This document shows, one piece after another, positions 54,062 to 62,514 of a DNA stretch of 64,000 nucleotides (the first letter of the stretch is position 1; each line of letters opens with the position of its first letter). The notes under the pieces are model-generated. The model had not been told where the DNA came from, did no database searches, and saw nothing but the letters and a program-made list of their open reading frames with translations. The translations under genes were made by a program, and so were the position numbers. Source of the DNA: a virus; the IMG/VR virus record IMGVR_UViG_3300045988_174371, positions 64,001-128,000 of that record; one strand, 5' to 3'.

Positions 54062-54391
54062 TTACATGAGGTCGGTAGAGTTATCTACAAGAACTAGGGT
54101 GCCCTCGTGGTAGTCTATGTCTGCAATGCCGCGTTCATTGTTGATGCCGAAGAGCTTGAGCATGTAGAACCAGATGAAGCCGTCTGCGTGAAGCTCAGTT
54201 TCGAAGATTTCGCCGCCCGCCTCAATGCTCATAGTAGCACCGTAGTCGTCTTCGCGTTCAGCGCGAACATCAATGCCTACAATGCGAGGTTCGTGACCCT
54301 CGCCAACCGGGGTGCTCATTTCGCCGGGGGTTTCGAAGCTGAACGCGAGGCTGGAGAAGCTGATGGTGGGGGTGTCGAGTGCAATAGCCAT
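54062..54391 (-). CDS. small acidic protein (109 aa) with TPVGEGHEP motif
   Basis: CTACCGAAAGGTCACC leader; family promoter upstream. Confidence 0.7.
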   Translation of the reverse strand: MAIALDTPTISFSSLAFSFETPGEMSTPVGEGHEPRIVGIDVRAEREDDYGATMSIEAGGEIFETELHADGFIWFYMLKLFGINNERGIADIDYHEGTLVLVDNSTDLM

Positions 54392-54468
54392 GATTGGTGA
54401 CCTTTCGGTAGTTGATTGATAATTTGTGGACTAGCGGGCTTTCTGCACTCCGCTTGCCTAACACATAT

Positions 54469-54498
54469 AGTTTACCACAGATTTAAGTAAGCCTGCAA
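54469..54498 (-). promoter_or_regulatory. family promoter (-35 TTGCAG, TGg-TAAACT)
   Basis: upstream of CDS 54062-54391. Confidence 0.6.
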
Positions 54499-54584
54499 CC
54501 CTCCAGTATGCGCAAAGGTGGGATGCCCAGATGTTTACCATCCAAGCATCCCACCTTAAGTTATCTACTTATGCAAGCGCCTAA

Positions 54585-55007
54585 CTACTCGCCATCGCCC
54601 GTTCGCCCCATTAGCACACACCACCATCCAATAGGGTACTTCAATAACGCATCAAGCACGCGCCACAGAACAGCAACTAGAGCAGTTAGTCCGGTAGTAA
54701 TAAAGCACAGCGCAAGAGACATAACCGGCGCAACCCACAACATCGCCCACAACTCAGACACAGAACTTCTATTAGGAACCACGTTATCCGGGGCAAAGAT
54801 ATGAATACAGACCGCAATACCCGCAAACAGCAACCCGGTAAGGAAGGTCACCTTCGCCAAATTGAAATACTGCCGCCTACCAAATGGCCCATCGTCCATA
54901 TCCATTAGCTTCAACAACTGTATGACAACTCCGGGAAAGAGAGTGAAAAAGCTACCAAACATCGCAAAAAGCAACAAGTGGTCGATAGCGACAGAACTAA
55001 AAAGCAT
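54585..55007 (-). CDS. small multi-TM membrane protein (140 aa)
   Basis: GGAG RBS; about four hydrophobic helices. Confidence 0.65.
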   Translation of the reverse strand: MLFSSVAIDHLLLFAMFGSFFTLFPGVVIQLLKLMDMDDGPFGRRQYFNLAKVTFLTGLLFAGIAVCIHIFAPDNVVPNRSSVSELWAMLWVAPVMSLALCFITTGLTALVAVLWRVLDALLKYPIGWWCVLMGRTGDGE

Positions 55008-55140
55008 GATAAGTACACTCCTATAGAAAACAGTAATTAGTGTCTAGGATACATGTGAAAGGGCGGCTCGGTCAATCAATACATGCCCACAAATCGTTAC
55101 GAATACCACCTTCTGACCCAGCGGGAGTCGTGCCCGTGTT

Positions 55141-55344
55141 CTAATTAAGCGGAAACACCATCTGCACACCAAAGCAGAACATGCCCACTCCGATAACGCC
55201 AATAGTAACGCCTAGAACAGCTTCCATTATGTTATCAAGCTTAGATGAGGTAATCGCGATACCCAGCATACGCAACAACACGCCGACACCTGCAAGCAGT
55301 AAGAAAAATACCGCATGAAATACGGAACCAATACTAGAACTCAT
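55141..55344 (-). CDS. two-TM small membrane protein (67 aa)
   Basis: ATG at 55344 after GGGAG; similar to the N-terminal part of 55383-55676. Confidence 0.6.
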   Translation of the reverse strand: MSSSIGSVFHAVFFLLLAGVGVLLRMLGIAITSSKLDNIMEAVLGVTIGVIGVGMFCFGVQMVFPLN

Positions 55345-55382
55345 GACAGCTAACTCCCAATGCAATGTGCAGGATAGACACG

Positions 55383-55676
55383 TCACAAGCCTCTAACACT
55401 GCCGCCACCACTATTGGTACTCACTGAGCTACTATCCCCCGTACTAGCGGGAAGTACGCCCGCGTTCGGGTTGGACGGAAATGCGTTCCATAGCCCGAAG
55501 AAGAACGTGAAGATGCCAGCGACACCTACAATGAACCCAGCGAAAGCCTGGAGTTTGTGCTTGGCTTGCCAGATATTCACGCACCCTTGGTATGCCAGCA
55601 TTGCGCCAGCACCTGCAAATGTCAAGAAAATTGCTGAATGAATAACGGCATCGAAATTGATAGTTGCGATAGTCAT
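55383..55676 (-). CDS. two-TM small membrane protein (97 aa) with Ser/Gly tail
   Basis: AGGAG RBS. Confidence 0.65.
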   Translation of the reverse strand: MTIATINFDAVIHSAIFLTFAGAGAMLAYQGCVNIWQAKHKLQAFAGFIVGVAGIFTFFFGLWNAFPSNPNAGVLPASTGDSSSVSTNSGGGSVRGL

Positions 55677-55912
55677 ATTGACTCCTAGTAGAAGAATAAT
55701 TAGTGCGCAGTGGTGATGATATGGCGACGCATCACAGGGGATGCCCTTGTCTCACCTTCGCGAGACACCCGATAGTTACCTATGTTTCAAGGAATAGGCG
55801 TAACACATGGTGTAGGTGTCCAGCATCAATTTTAGCACCTATGGGGGGGTCATCCTTATAAGGCGCGCCATACCGAATATTTCCTACTGCTAGAGTCGCT
55901 GTCACTGGTGGC

Positions 55913-55970
55913 TTCAAAAAAGATGGGGTAGGTGCAGTACCGGCTGTTTCGCCAGCATTGCACCTACCCC
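55913..55970 (-). terminator. intrinsic terminator after 55986-56300
   Basis: GGGGTAGGTGCA / TGCACCTACCCC stem followed by TCTTTTTTG on the minus strand. Confidence 0.65.
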
Positions 55971-55985
55971 CTCGCGTCAGAGTTC

Positions 55986-56300
55986 TTAGCCCTTGACCAG
56001 TTCGATGGACTCTACACCGCGACCCAGGGTGTAACCCTGGACAAGGTAGGTGTCCTTGGTGGAGAGGTCAGCATCAGTAGTGATGGTTACCACTTCATCC
56101 TTCTTGAGGGATACCAGGGTGATGCCGTCAATGAGTGCCTTGTCGAGAATGAGGGTGCCTACGCCGTCTACCTTAGCGAAGCGGACTCGCGGGGCAATGT
56201 CCATGACGGTGGATGCGCGGAAGATAGAGTCTACAACGTCGGTGAACTTGTAGTTCTGTGCGTTGGGGGAGGTCGGCTTGATGGTGATGGTGTTAGACAT
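55986..56300 (-). CDS. small protein (104 aa), paralog family H
   Basis: aligns with 47875-48216. Confidence 0.7.
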   Translation of the reverse strand: MSNTITIKPTSPNAQNYKFTDVVDSIFRASTVMDIAPRVRFAKVDGVGTLILDKALIDGITLVSLKKDEVVTITTDADLSTKDTYLVQGYTLGRGVESIELVKG

Positions 56301-56373
56301 GTTGGCGATTCCTTCCTGAGAATCAATGTTTGGCTTGGAGGGGCTTTTCGGTATCCCCCTGCCTTATATCTAT

Positions 56374-56403
56374 AGTCTATCACAGATTTAAAACTGTATG
56401 CAA
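56374..56403 (-). promoter_or_regulatory. family promoter (-35 TTGCAT, 18 nt, TGa-TAGACT)
   Basis: upstream of CDS 55986-56300. Confidence 0.6.
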
Positions 56404-56503
56404 GTTAAATTTAAGTGAGGTGTACCACAGCTATAGGCGGGTGACTCAATCATTACCTTGAGTCGCCCGCCTAGCCCTATGCCACTTTGTAGATACTTCC
56501 TTA

Positions 56504-56920
56504 CTAGAAGGTGTATGCGCCCGTATCTGCATTAAACTCTACAGCTGTACGGCAATAGCGCGAGCCATCACCCCACAACTCATAACCCTCTTCTTCGGTA
56601 AGGTGGAAGATTGGGCATACAAGATACCTTGCGTCTCGAATACTCATCAGCCAAGGGGCGGAGCTGTATTCAGAGTCAGGCTCAGCGGCAACGAAAAGCT
56701 CACCCACACAGAGAGCAGGTTCTTTCCGGCTCTCCTCCTCAATGTCAATTTCTTTAAGGGTGAGGGTGGCAATTTCCTTCTCGATAAGGACTCGCTCATC
56801 GTCAGTAAAGGTAACCTCGACCTTTGGGGTGAAGTTTTCGTCTACCGCAATATGCCCCGCTTCATCCAAGAGGTATCCCCTATATGAGACGGGTCGGTAT
56901 GTGTGCTTGTTGCGCTTCAT
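56504..56920 (-). CDS. hypothetical protein (138 aa), paralog family I
   Basis: C-terminal part aligns with 46023-46400. Confidence 0.7.
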   Translation of the reverse strand: MKRNKHTYRPVSYRGYLLDEAGHIAVDENFTPKVEVTFTDDERVLIEKEIATLTLKEIDIEEESRKEPALCVGELFVAAEPDSEYSSAPWLMSIRDARYLVCPIFHLTEEEGYELWGDGSRYCRTAVEFNADTGAYTF

Positions 56921-57037
56921 AGCGCATCTCCTTTCGTTTAGATTATGATTCCTGCGACTTCACTTTATTACCGCCGCCTACTTGTAGCAGTTTCCAGACC
57001 TTACTTGTGAAGTACTTCGGGCGCTAGTGTAGTACCG

Positions 57038-57445
57038 CTACTTGCGGCGCTTGGCGTCTCCCGCAACACTGGCAAGGGCATCCGTAAGGCGCTGGTTCAA
57101 GCTCCGGGCATTAGAACGTGCAAGAATAATCTCGAAGCGGTAGTCAGTACCTTCTCCCATGTGTTGAAATTCGGTAAAGTTCGCTAGAGTGCGGATGCGT
57201 GCATCCAGTGCATCAGATGCAATGGCGCGCAAACAGCGGGCAGTGTTTGCCTTGCTTTGCATATCTGCGAACACTGCGGGTGCTACAGATGCATTGGCGC
57301 GAAAGAGTTGCGTCTGTGCATCAAGGTTACATTCCTTCACTAGTGCATCAGCGGCGCTTGAAGCTTTAGCTTCAATGTCAGCCAGGGACTTTAGGGCGTT
57401 GTTGGCACGCTCTGCAACCTTGGCATCAAAGTCGGTGTGGGTCAT
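57038..57445 (-). CDS. helical hypothetical protein (135 aa)
   Basis: ATG at 57445 after AGAAAGCAGGG. Confidence 0.7.
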   Translation of the reverse strand: MTHTDFDAKVAERANNALKSLADIEAKASSAADALVKECNLDAQTQLFRANASVAPAVFADMQSKANTARCLRAIASDALDARIRTLANFTEFQHMGEGTDYRFEIILARSNARSLNQRLTDALASVAGDAKRRK

Positions 57446-57520
57446 TGGGTGCCCTGCTTTCTGTGGGGTTGAATGATTCGGTAGCTTTAGGGGTATCTTT
57501 AACACCCGCTCTATGCTTAT

Positions 57521-57550
57521 ATTGTACCACAGATTTACCGAGCACACATG
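57521..57550 (-). promoter_or_regulatory. family promoter (TGg-TACAAT, weak -35)
   Basis: upstream of CDS 57038-57445. Confidence 0.5.
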
Positions 57551-57583
57551 ATGCGCCGCTTGCCGTACTGTATGTGCGCATAA

Positions 57584-57638
57584 AAATAGTACCAATATGT
57601 GTGAAAACCCTGTGGTGAGGCACATATTGGTACTATTT
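57584..57638. repeat. long perfect palindrome (18-bp arms) after the stop of 57655-58647
   Basis: AAATAGTACCAATATGTG ... CACATATTGGTACTATTT; sequence-related to 51338-51398. Confidence 0.85.
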
Positions 57639-57654
57639 CGTTAGAGTGCTGAGT

Positions 57655-58647
57655 TTACGGCTCCTCGGGAGCATCAAAAAGCTCAGAGGCATCTAGCTCT
57701 TCGATAAGCGTCTCAATAAGCTTGCGGGCAATACTTACAGTTGCTCGCTCTTCATCATTAAGCTTGTCTACAGAGATTCGTTCTAGGTTGCCTAACTGAA
57801 TTTCCAGGTAGTTGATAGTGGACTCTAGAAGCTCAAAAGGTTCGCGCCAAACCTGAATATCCTCACTGGTGTAACTGTCATATGGGGAGAGGTTGTCTAC
57901 GAAGCGTGAGTCTGCCTCCCAGAACTCTTCAATAGGTGTAGCGCCGTTCTTCTCGTATTCGCCCCATAGCTGGTTGCCTAGAATGTCGCGGCTCTTTTTG
58001 AACTCTTCTGATTCGATGAGCTTCACAAGAGCGTCGAACGCTTCCTTTGGTAGGAAGTTCTTACAGTCTCGCGAGGTAAGGTTTAGTCCATCCAGAATGC
58101 TCGGCATGTATTGCACTGTGTAATCGTCATACCGCTCTGGGGTGTGTTCAAACTCGGCGGCGTAGAAGCTCTTGAGTAGTTCCAGTTCGCCCGGCGTAAT
58201 CCTGAATGTGTTCACGGTTGAACTGTACGATACGCCGTCGCTGTAGATGTGGCTAATCTCGGCTATCTGCATGTCGCGTTTACGGTATGGTGTGTAGAGG
58301 AACCTGTCATCGTAGCCGGGTTCTTTTGCCTGTACACGCGCGCCAATATGAGCGGCAGGGCAGAAACATAGATTTTCGGGTTCCTGTAACATTAGCCCGT
58401 CGTCTACATAAGAGCCGGTGATGGTTTCCTGAGCTGTGGTGTTGCGGCTTACCTTGGTGGCTGTGAACTCTATATAGTCGTGCCAGTCAGTAAGCTTGGT
58501 GACCGCGTATAGTTCCACCTTGTCTACTGAGAGCGGGCGGGGTTCATCTCCAGCCGTGTACACACCCTCTGTGTTCTTGGGGATGTAGAGTAGGATTCCG
58601 TCGCCTACGTTGAGTTCTGGAACGATATAGGTTCGCTTTGCATACAT
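57655..58647 (-). CDS. hypothetical protein (330 aa), GD-motif N-terminus
   Basis: N-terminus ELNVGDGILLYIPK; long ORF. Confidence 0.75.
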   Translation of the reverse strand: MYAKRTYIVPELNVGDGILLYIPKNTEGVYTAGDEPRPLSVDKVELYAVTKLTDWHDYIEFTATKVSRNTTAQETITGSYVDDGLMLQEPENLCFCPAAHIGARVQAKEPGYDDRFLYTPYRKRDMQIAEISHIYSDGVSYSSTVNTFRITPGELELLKSFYAAEFEHTPERYDDYTVQYMPSILDGLNLTSRDCKNFLPKEAFDALVKLIESEEFKKSRDILGNQLWGEYEKNGATPIEEFWEADSRFVDNLSPYDSYTSEDIQVWREPFELLESTINYLEIQLGNLERISVDKLNDEERATVSIARKLIETLIEELDASELFDAPEEP

Positions 58648-58776
58648 TGGGTGTTTCCTTTCCGCCCACCCCTTTAGCGTATATGGGATGGCTTGCTGGG
58701 TGAGTTTAGGGAGCCCAGCTGAACTGCCCTACAGAGCTGTTCGGGTGGGTTGGTAGATTTACTGAGAGGTGGGCGC

Positions 58777-59061
58777 TTAGTCGCCTACCATGAGGTTCAG
58801 GGTACGGAGTGCTCCCATTGCCTGAACAGCGGTGGTGTACTTTTCGAGGACAACACTCCATGCCTTGTCGCCACCCTTGCTGTCGAGGGCACCTGCCTCA
58901 TCAATCGCCTCATTTATGACCTGAGTAATCAAGCCAGGTTTACCGTAGAAGCTCGTCTCGTACAGCTTTGCCATGCGTAGATGCTCTGCCATCTGAGACA
59001 TGAAGTGTGCCTTATCCTCCGGCGCGCCCGTCTGCTCGTTAATGCGCTCAAATTTCGCCAT
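58777..59061 (-). CDS. small helical hypothetical protein (94 aa)
   Basis: ATG at 59061 after TCGAAAGGGATAG leader. Confidence 0.7.
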   Translation of the reverse strand: MAKFERINEQTGAPEDKAHFMSQMAEHLRMAKLYETSFYGKPGLITQVINEAIDEAGALDSKGGDKAWSVVLEKYTTAVQAMGALRTLNLMVGD

Positions 59062-59135
59062 GATTACTATCCCTTTCGATAGGTATAGAAGTGCTCTAGC
59101 TTCGGGGTATCCCCTCCAGCAAGTCTTACACCTAT

Positions 59136-59165
59136 AGTGTATCACAGATTATCGCTGGGTGCTAG
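59136..59165 (-). promoter_or_regulatory. family promoter (TGa-TACACT, weak -35)
   Basis: upstream of the 59061-to-57655 unit. Confidence 0.5.
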
Positions 59166-59266
59166 ATTTTGGGTGGGTAGCGCCATGCATACCATGATGG
59201 CGTAGCAATAGTGGGTAGACATCAGGGGCTAAGGTGCTTACATAGTGGCACCTTAGCCCCTGAATT

Positions 59267-60232
59267 TCACTTCACATTATTGGCAAGCTCCTGTGCAACG
59301 TCCTCGCTATACAGCTCAGACTCTCTCAAGCTATGGTGAAGCGCCTCTAGCTGTTCTCGAATGCCCACCAGCTCACTCTCAGCTTCCACTGCCGCCTTGA
59401 GTGTCATCTCCGCGAGTGTCGCCAACGCGGTAACATGTATCTGCTTGGTAGACACATGTGGAAGTTCTGTCTCAAGGATAGTGGTACCGACAAAGCCGCC
59501 GTGACAGATGTCTGAGACATGACTCAGTTCTAGGGCATCTAGTCCATAGTTGAGGGTGCTAATGGGGCGGCTTGGGAGGTTCTTCGCGAATTGGGTAAGC
59601 GCCTCGCCGGTGGTTGCGTCACAGGCGACGGTATCACCCCAGGAGCCAGTATGCCCATACTTCGTCCAGAAGCTACTTTTCACATCGCTAACCGTTTCAA
59701 GGATATTTGCGCTAATACCCCCATCAATAAGCAAGTACGGCTCACTGTTGGTCTGCGTAGCAATAACGCCCGCCTTAAACACGTGGGATGCAGTGAGGGG
59801 GTTCTTACCTCCAGGTGTGAACATAGTGTCGCCGGGTAGAATTTCATGCCATGCAGGGTCAGCATCAGCAAACACCGGGGAGCCAAGGTAGCAGGCGTAT
59901 GCAGGGATTTCAGTTTCGCCGGTAAGCGTATGCGTACCTGACGTGTGGGTTGCGCGGGTGCCCGGCTCCAAAGGTGCCCCTGTAAGGGCTTCTAGGCTAC
60001 CCGTAACGGCAAAAGTGTTACCCTCCTGGTTTCCGGGCACACCGACGGTTAGCATAGCTGTAAAAGCGCCTGTAACCCCGTTGAAGGTTTCAATAGTGCC
60101 CATCGCCAGAGCGTAGTGTCCTTTGCGCCAGTCGGTAAGCGTAGGGGTTCCGCCTACAGTAGCGATATTGCGGTCTTTGAGGAGTAGGGCAATTCCATGC
60201 CCAACTAGCGTTTTAGGTGTTTTGTGCGACAT
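59267..60232 (-). CDS. hypothetical protein (321 aa)
   Basis: GGAGG RBS; Gly/Thr-rich N-terminal half and coiled-coil C-terminus. Confidence 0.75.
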   Translation of the reverse strand: MSHKTPKTLVGHGIALLLKDRNIATVGGTPTLTDWRKGHYALAMGTIETFNGVTGAFTAMLTVGVPGNQEGNTFAVTGSLEALTGAPLEPGTRATHTSGTHTLTGETEIPAYACYLGSPVFADADPAWHEILPGDTMFTPGGKNPLTASHVFKAGVIATQTNSEPYLLIDGGISANILETVSDVKSSFWTKYGHTGSWGDTVACDATTGEALTQFAKNLPSRPISTLNYGLDALELSHVSDICHGGFVGTTILETELPHVSTKQIHVTALATLAEMTLKAAVEAESELVGIREQLEALHHSLRESELYSEDVAQELANNVK

Positions 60233-60303
60233 TACGCCTCCATAAGTGAGAAACTGGCACCAATTGGGCTTGATACCAGTTTATTAGAGCGGCAGGTTAG
60301 CCG

Positions 60304-60395
60304 CTACCTGCCACTAACAGTCACAGGGGTATCTAAGGTAATTTCCCCGTCTACAATGCTTACACACTCAAACTTTCCACCTCTGCTACTAGGTG
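60304..60395 (-). pseudogene. 3'-terminal remnant of a fourth family-F gene
   Basis: nucleotide-level match to the last ~27 codons plus stop of 60680-61450 (translates ...GGKFECVSIVDGEITLDTPVTVSGR*); no start or N-terminal part. Confidence 0.6.
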
Positions 60396-60448
60396 TGTGG
60401 ATGAGCCGCGCACACTGAGAAGGTTCTTACCCATGAGCCACCCATTTA

Positions 60449-60581
60449 GGTGGGTCAAGGATTCTCCCTGACGGTAACCCTCCAGCCAACCCAAGGGTTA
60501 GCCTTCCTGGTCTTGACGCCACCCGAAGGCAATGCCCGTTTAGATTATCCACCTCTCCCAGTCTCTCACAGGCGAGGTGCT
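60449..60581 (-). ncRNA. unclassified structured RNA, copy B
   Basis: no ORF; diverged duplicate of 24069-24191; extended -10 directly upstream on the minus strand. Confidence 0.55.
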
Positions 60582-60585
60582 AGTT

Positions 60586-60596
60586 GGATTATACCA
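60586..60596 (-). promoter_or_regulatory. extended -10 promoter TGGTATAATCC
   Basis: read on the minus strand immediately 5' of RNA copy B; no clear -35. Confidence 0.5.
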
Positions 60597-60597
60597 T

Positions 60598-60648
60598 CTC
60601 AAAAGCTGACGGCGCGCGATTTAAAGCCACACACCGTCAGCTTTTGAG
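60598..60648. terminator. bidirectional hairpin terminator after 60680-61450
   Basis: CTCAAAAGCTGACGG / CCGTCAGCTTTTGAG 15-bp inverted repeat with U-tracts on both strands. Confidence 0.7.
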
Positions 60649-60679
60649 GCTATTTGAAGGGCTTGTGGCGTGCAACTTA

Positions 60680-61450
60680 CTACCTGTTGCTAACAGTTAC
60701 CTGAACATCTAAGGTAATTTCCCCATCCACAATGCTTACACACTCAAACTTCCCGCCATTTCGGGGTTGGTGGTCGTAACAGAATCCGTCTAGGAAGCTC
60801 TTAAGAACCTTTTCGCCAAACTCTTCGTCGCCCTCAACCTTTGCTAATAGGCGGGCATAGGTGCCATATAGCCCATCATGAGGCTTGCCCAAGTCAATAC
60901 CGTAAACAATGACACCTTTTTCAATGTAGCCTTCGCCATTGGAGTAGAAGGCACCCCTGGAATAGTAAGGGTAGCGCCTCCAGTCTCCCAGGTGATTGAT
61001 TCGGCTAAGCTCTTCGTCTACTACGAAGTGAAGGTTTACGGTGGTCGTATCGCGCTCACTCTCACCCGTGAGCGGGTTACCCTCGACTACCTCTTCAAAC
61101 TCGATGGTGGCAGTATGGGATTCGTAGTCTACAGTAATAGTGTAGTCCTTGATGTAGATGTTGGCGTGTTCTCCTAGCGCGAGAATGTGCTTCATTTCTT
61201 CGGTTGTTTCAGGTACGCCCGTGGTGGGGTAGGCAACCCTATCGCGGGCATCTTCTACGAACTCAATGTTTGGTTCGATAACGACGTAAGGGAGGTAGTA
61301 GTGCCCATCCCATTTCTCGTCCACATAGGTTTCGCCGTTGAGCTTGATAGGTAGGTGCTTGGTTAGGATTTCTTGCTCCGTGTAGGAGCCGGGGTCGAAG
61401 TGGACGGTTAGGGTCTTCTTCTTAGGGAAAATGATGTATGGGTGAGTCAT
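60680..61450 (-). CDS. hypothetical protein (256 aa), paralog family F
   Basis: aligns with 53280-53990 and 61609-62343. Confidence 0.8.
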   Translation of the reverse strand: MTHPYIIFPKKKTLTVHFDPGSYTEQEILTKHLPIKLNGETYVDEKWDGHYYLPYVVIEPNIEFVEDARDRVAYPTTGVPETTEEMKHILALGEHANIYIKDYTITVDYESHTATIEFEEVVEGNPLTGESERDTTTVNLHFVVDEELSRINHLGDWRRYPYYSRGAFYSNGEGYIEKGVIVYGIDLGKPHDGLYGTYARLLAKVEGDEEFGEKVLKSFLDGFCYDHQPRNGGKFECVSIVDGEITLDVQVTVSNR

Positions 61451-61543
61451 GGTGTGTCGCTCTTTCTGTGGCTTATTGATGGGGTGGAGCTACGCACCTT
61501 AACCCTCATAAAAGGCTGAGGTGCGTAGTCGCTAAGGATGTGG

Positions 61544-61589
61544 GTGGTGGGCGGCTATGAAGTGTTCTTGCTCCGTAGCCGCCCACCAC
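61544..61589 (-). terminator. hairpin after 61609-62343
   Basis: GTGGTGGGCGGCTA / TAGCCGCCCACCAC 14-bp inverted repeat. Confidence 0.6.
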
Positions 61590-61608
61590 CTATAAATCGT
61601 ACCCGCTC

Positions 61609-62343
61609 TTATGCCTTCGGGACAGTAAGAGAAACGTCAATGGTGATGGTGTCACCCTCAACGTTCACGTATTGTGCGCTTTCGCGTGCCTTTGCGTAGA
61701 AGTCTCGCTCGAAGCGGCGGGCTACTCGCTTGACTCGTTCCGGGTCGCCGTCTACCTTTGCTACCATGCGTGCTCCCTTGCCGTAGGTTTCATGTCCACC
61801 GTCGAGGCTGATAATGTACACGATTTCGCCTTCTTCGGCGTAGCTGGCGAGGCTTGCGGAGCTGTAGGGGTACTTCTTCCACAGTTCCATGTCGCCCAGT
61901 GAGCTGTAGTGCGTATTGGGGGTGAAGTGGAGGTTTACTTCCTCTACGTCGTTCGGGTCGATTTCGAGGGGGTTACCCTGGTAGAGTTCGTGGAACTTTA
62001 GGGTGCCAGTCTTTGCTTCTTCGTCTACATCCAGGGTGTAGTCCTTGATGTGGAGGTTTCCCTTGGTGCCTGCAATAATGAAGTACTGCAAGGCTTCGGG
62101 GGTGTTGTCGTCTACATAGAACTGCGCGAGCGTGTTATCAAAAGCGTCTACGAGGGTAAGTTCAGGGTATGCTACCGCTTCATATGAGTCGTAGTAGCTG
62201 TCGTAGTCCTTTTCAGCACTGACGTACCCGTCCAGCTTAATGGCAACCTTGTCGCTGTTGAGGTCTACATTATTCTCGTCTATGCGATAGTTGGAGAGGT
62301 TGAGGGTGACTCCCTGCGGGAAAATACAAATGGGCTGAGACAT
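61609..62343 (-). CDS. hypothetical protein (244 aa), paralog family F
   Basis: aligns with 53280-53990 and 60680-61450; TCGAAAGGCAC leader. Confidence 0.8.
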   Translation of the reverse strand: MSQPICIFPQGVTLNLSNYRIDENNVDLNSDKVAIKLDGYVSAEKDYDSYYDSYEAVAYPELTLVDAFDNTLAQFYVDDNTPEALQYFIIAGTKGNLHIKDYTLDVDEEAKTGTLKFHELYQGNPLEIDPNDVEEVNLHFTPNTHYSSLGDMELWKKYPYSSASLASYAEEGEIVYIISLDGGHETYGKGARMVAKVDGDPERVKRVARRFERDFYAKARESAQYVNVEGDTITIDVSLTVPKA

Positions 62344-62391
62344 GATTAGTGCCTTTCGATAGATGCTTGCCTAGCTTTTCGCTACACCTAA

Positions 62392-62421
62392 AGTGTATCA
62401 CAGATTCACTTGACTATACAA
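62392..62421 (-). promoter_or_regulatory. family promoter (-35 TTGTAT, TGa-TACACT)
   Basis: upstream of CDS 61609-62343. Confidence 0.55.
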
Positions 62422-62514
62422 GACATCTACTGTGAGCTGTACCACTAGGGCGCATGTGGGGCGCTGGGGTTAAGAAATGCCACCACATACGCCCATAGGT
62501 GATGGTCTATGCTC

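Noticed and set aside
60500-60530. GUCAAGACCAGGAAGGCU in the structured RNA resembles the GGUCCGGAAGGAAGCAGCC core of SRP (4.5S) RNA
   Set aside because: The similarity is limited to a few purines. The characteristic symmetric and asymmetric loops, the GNRA-capped helix 8 and the long closing helix are absent, and the element occurs twice.
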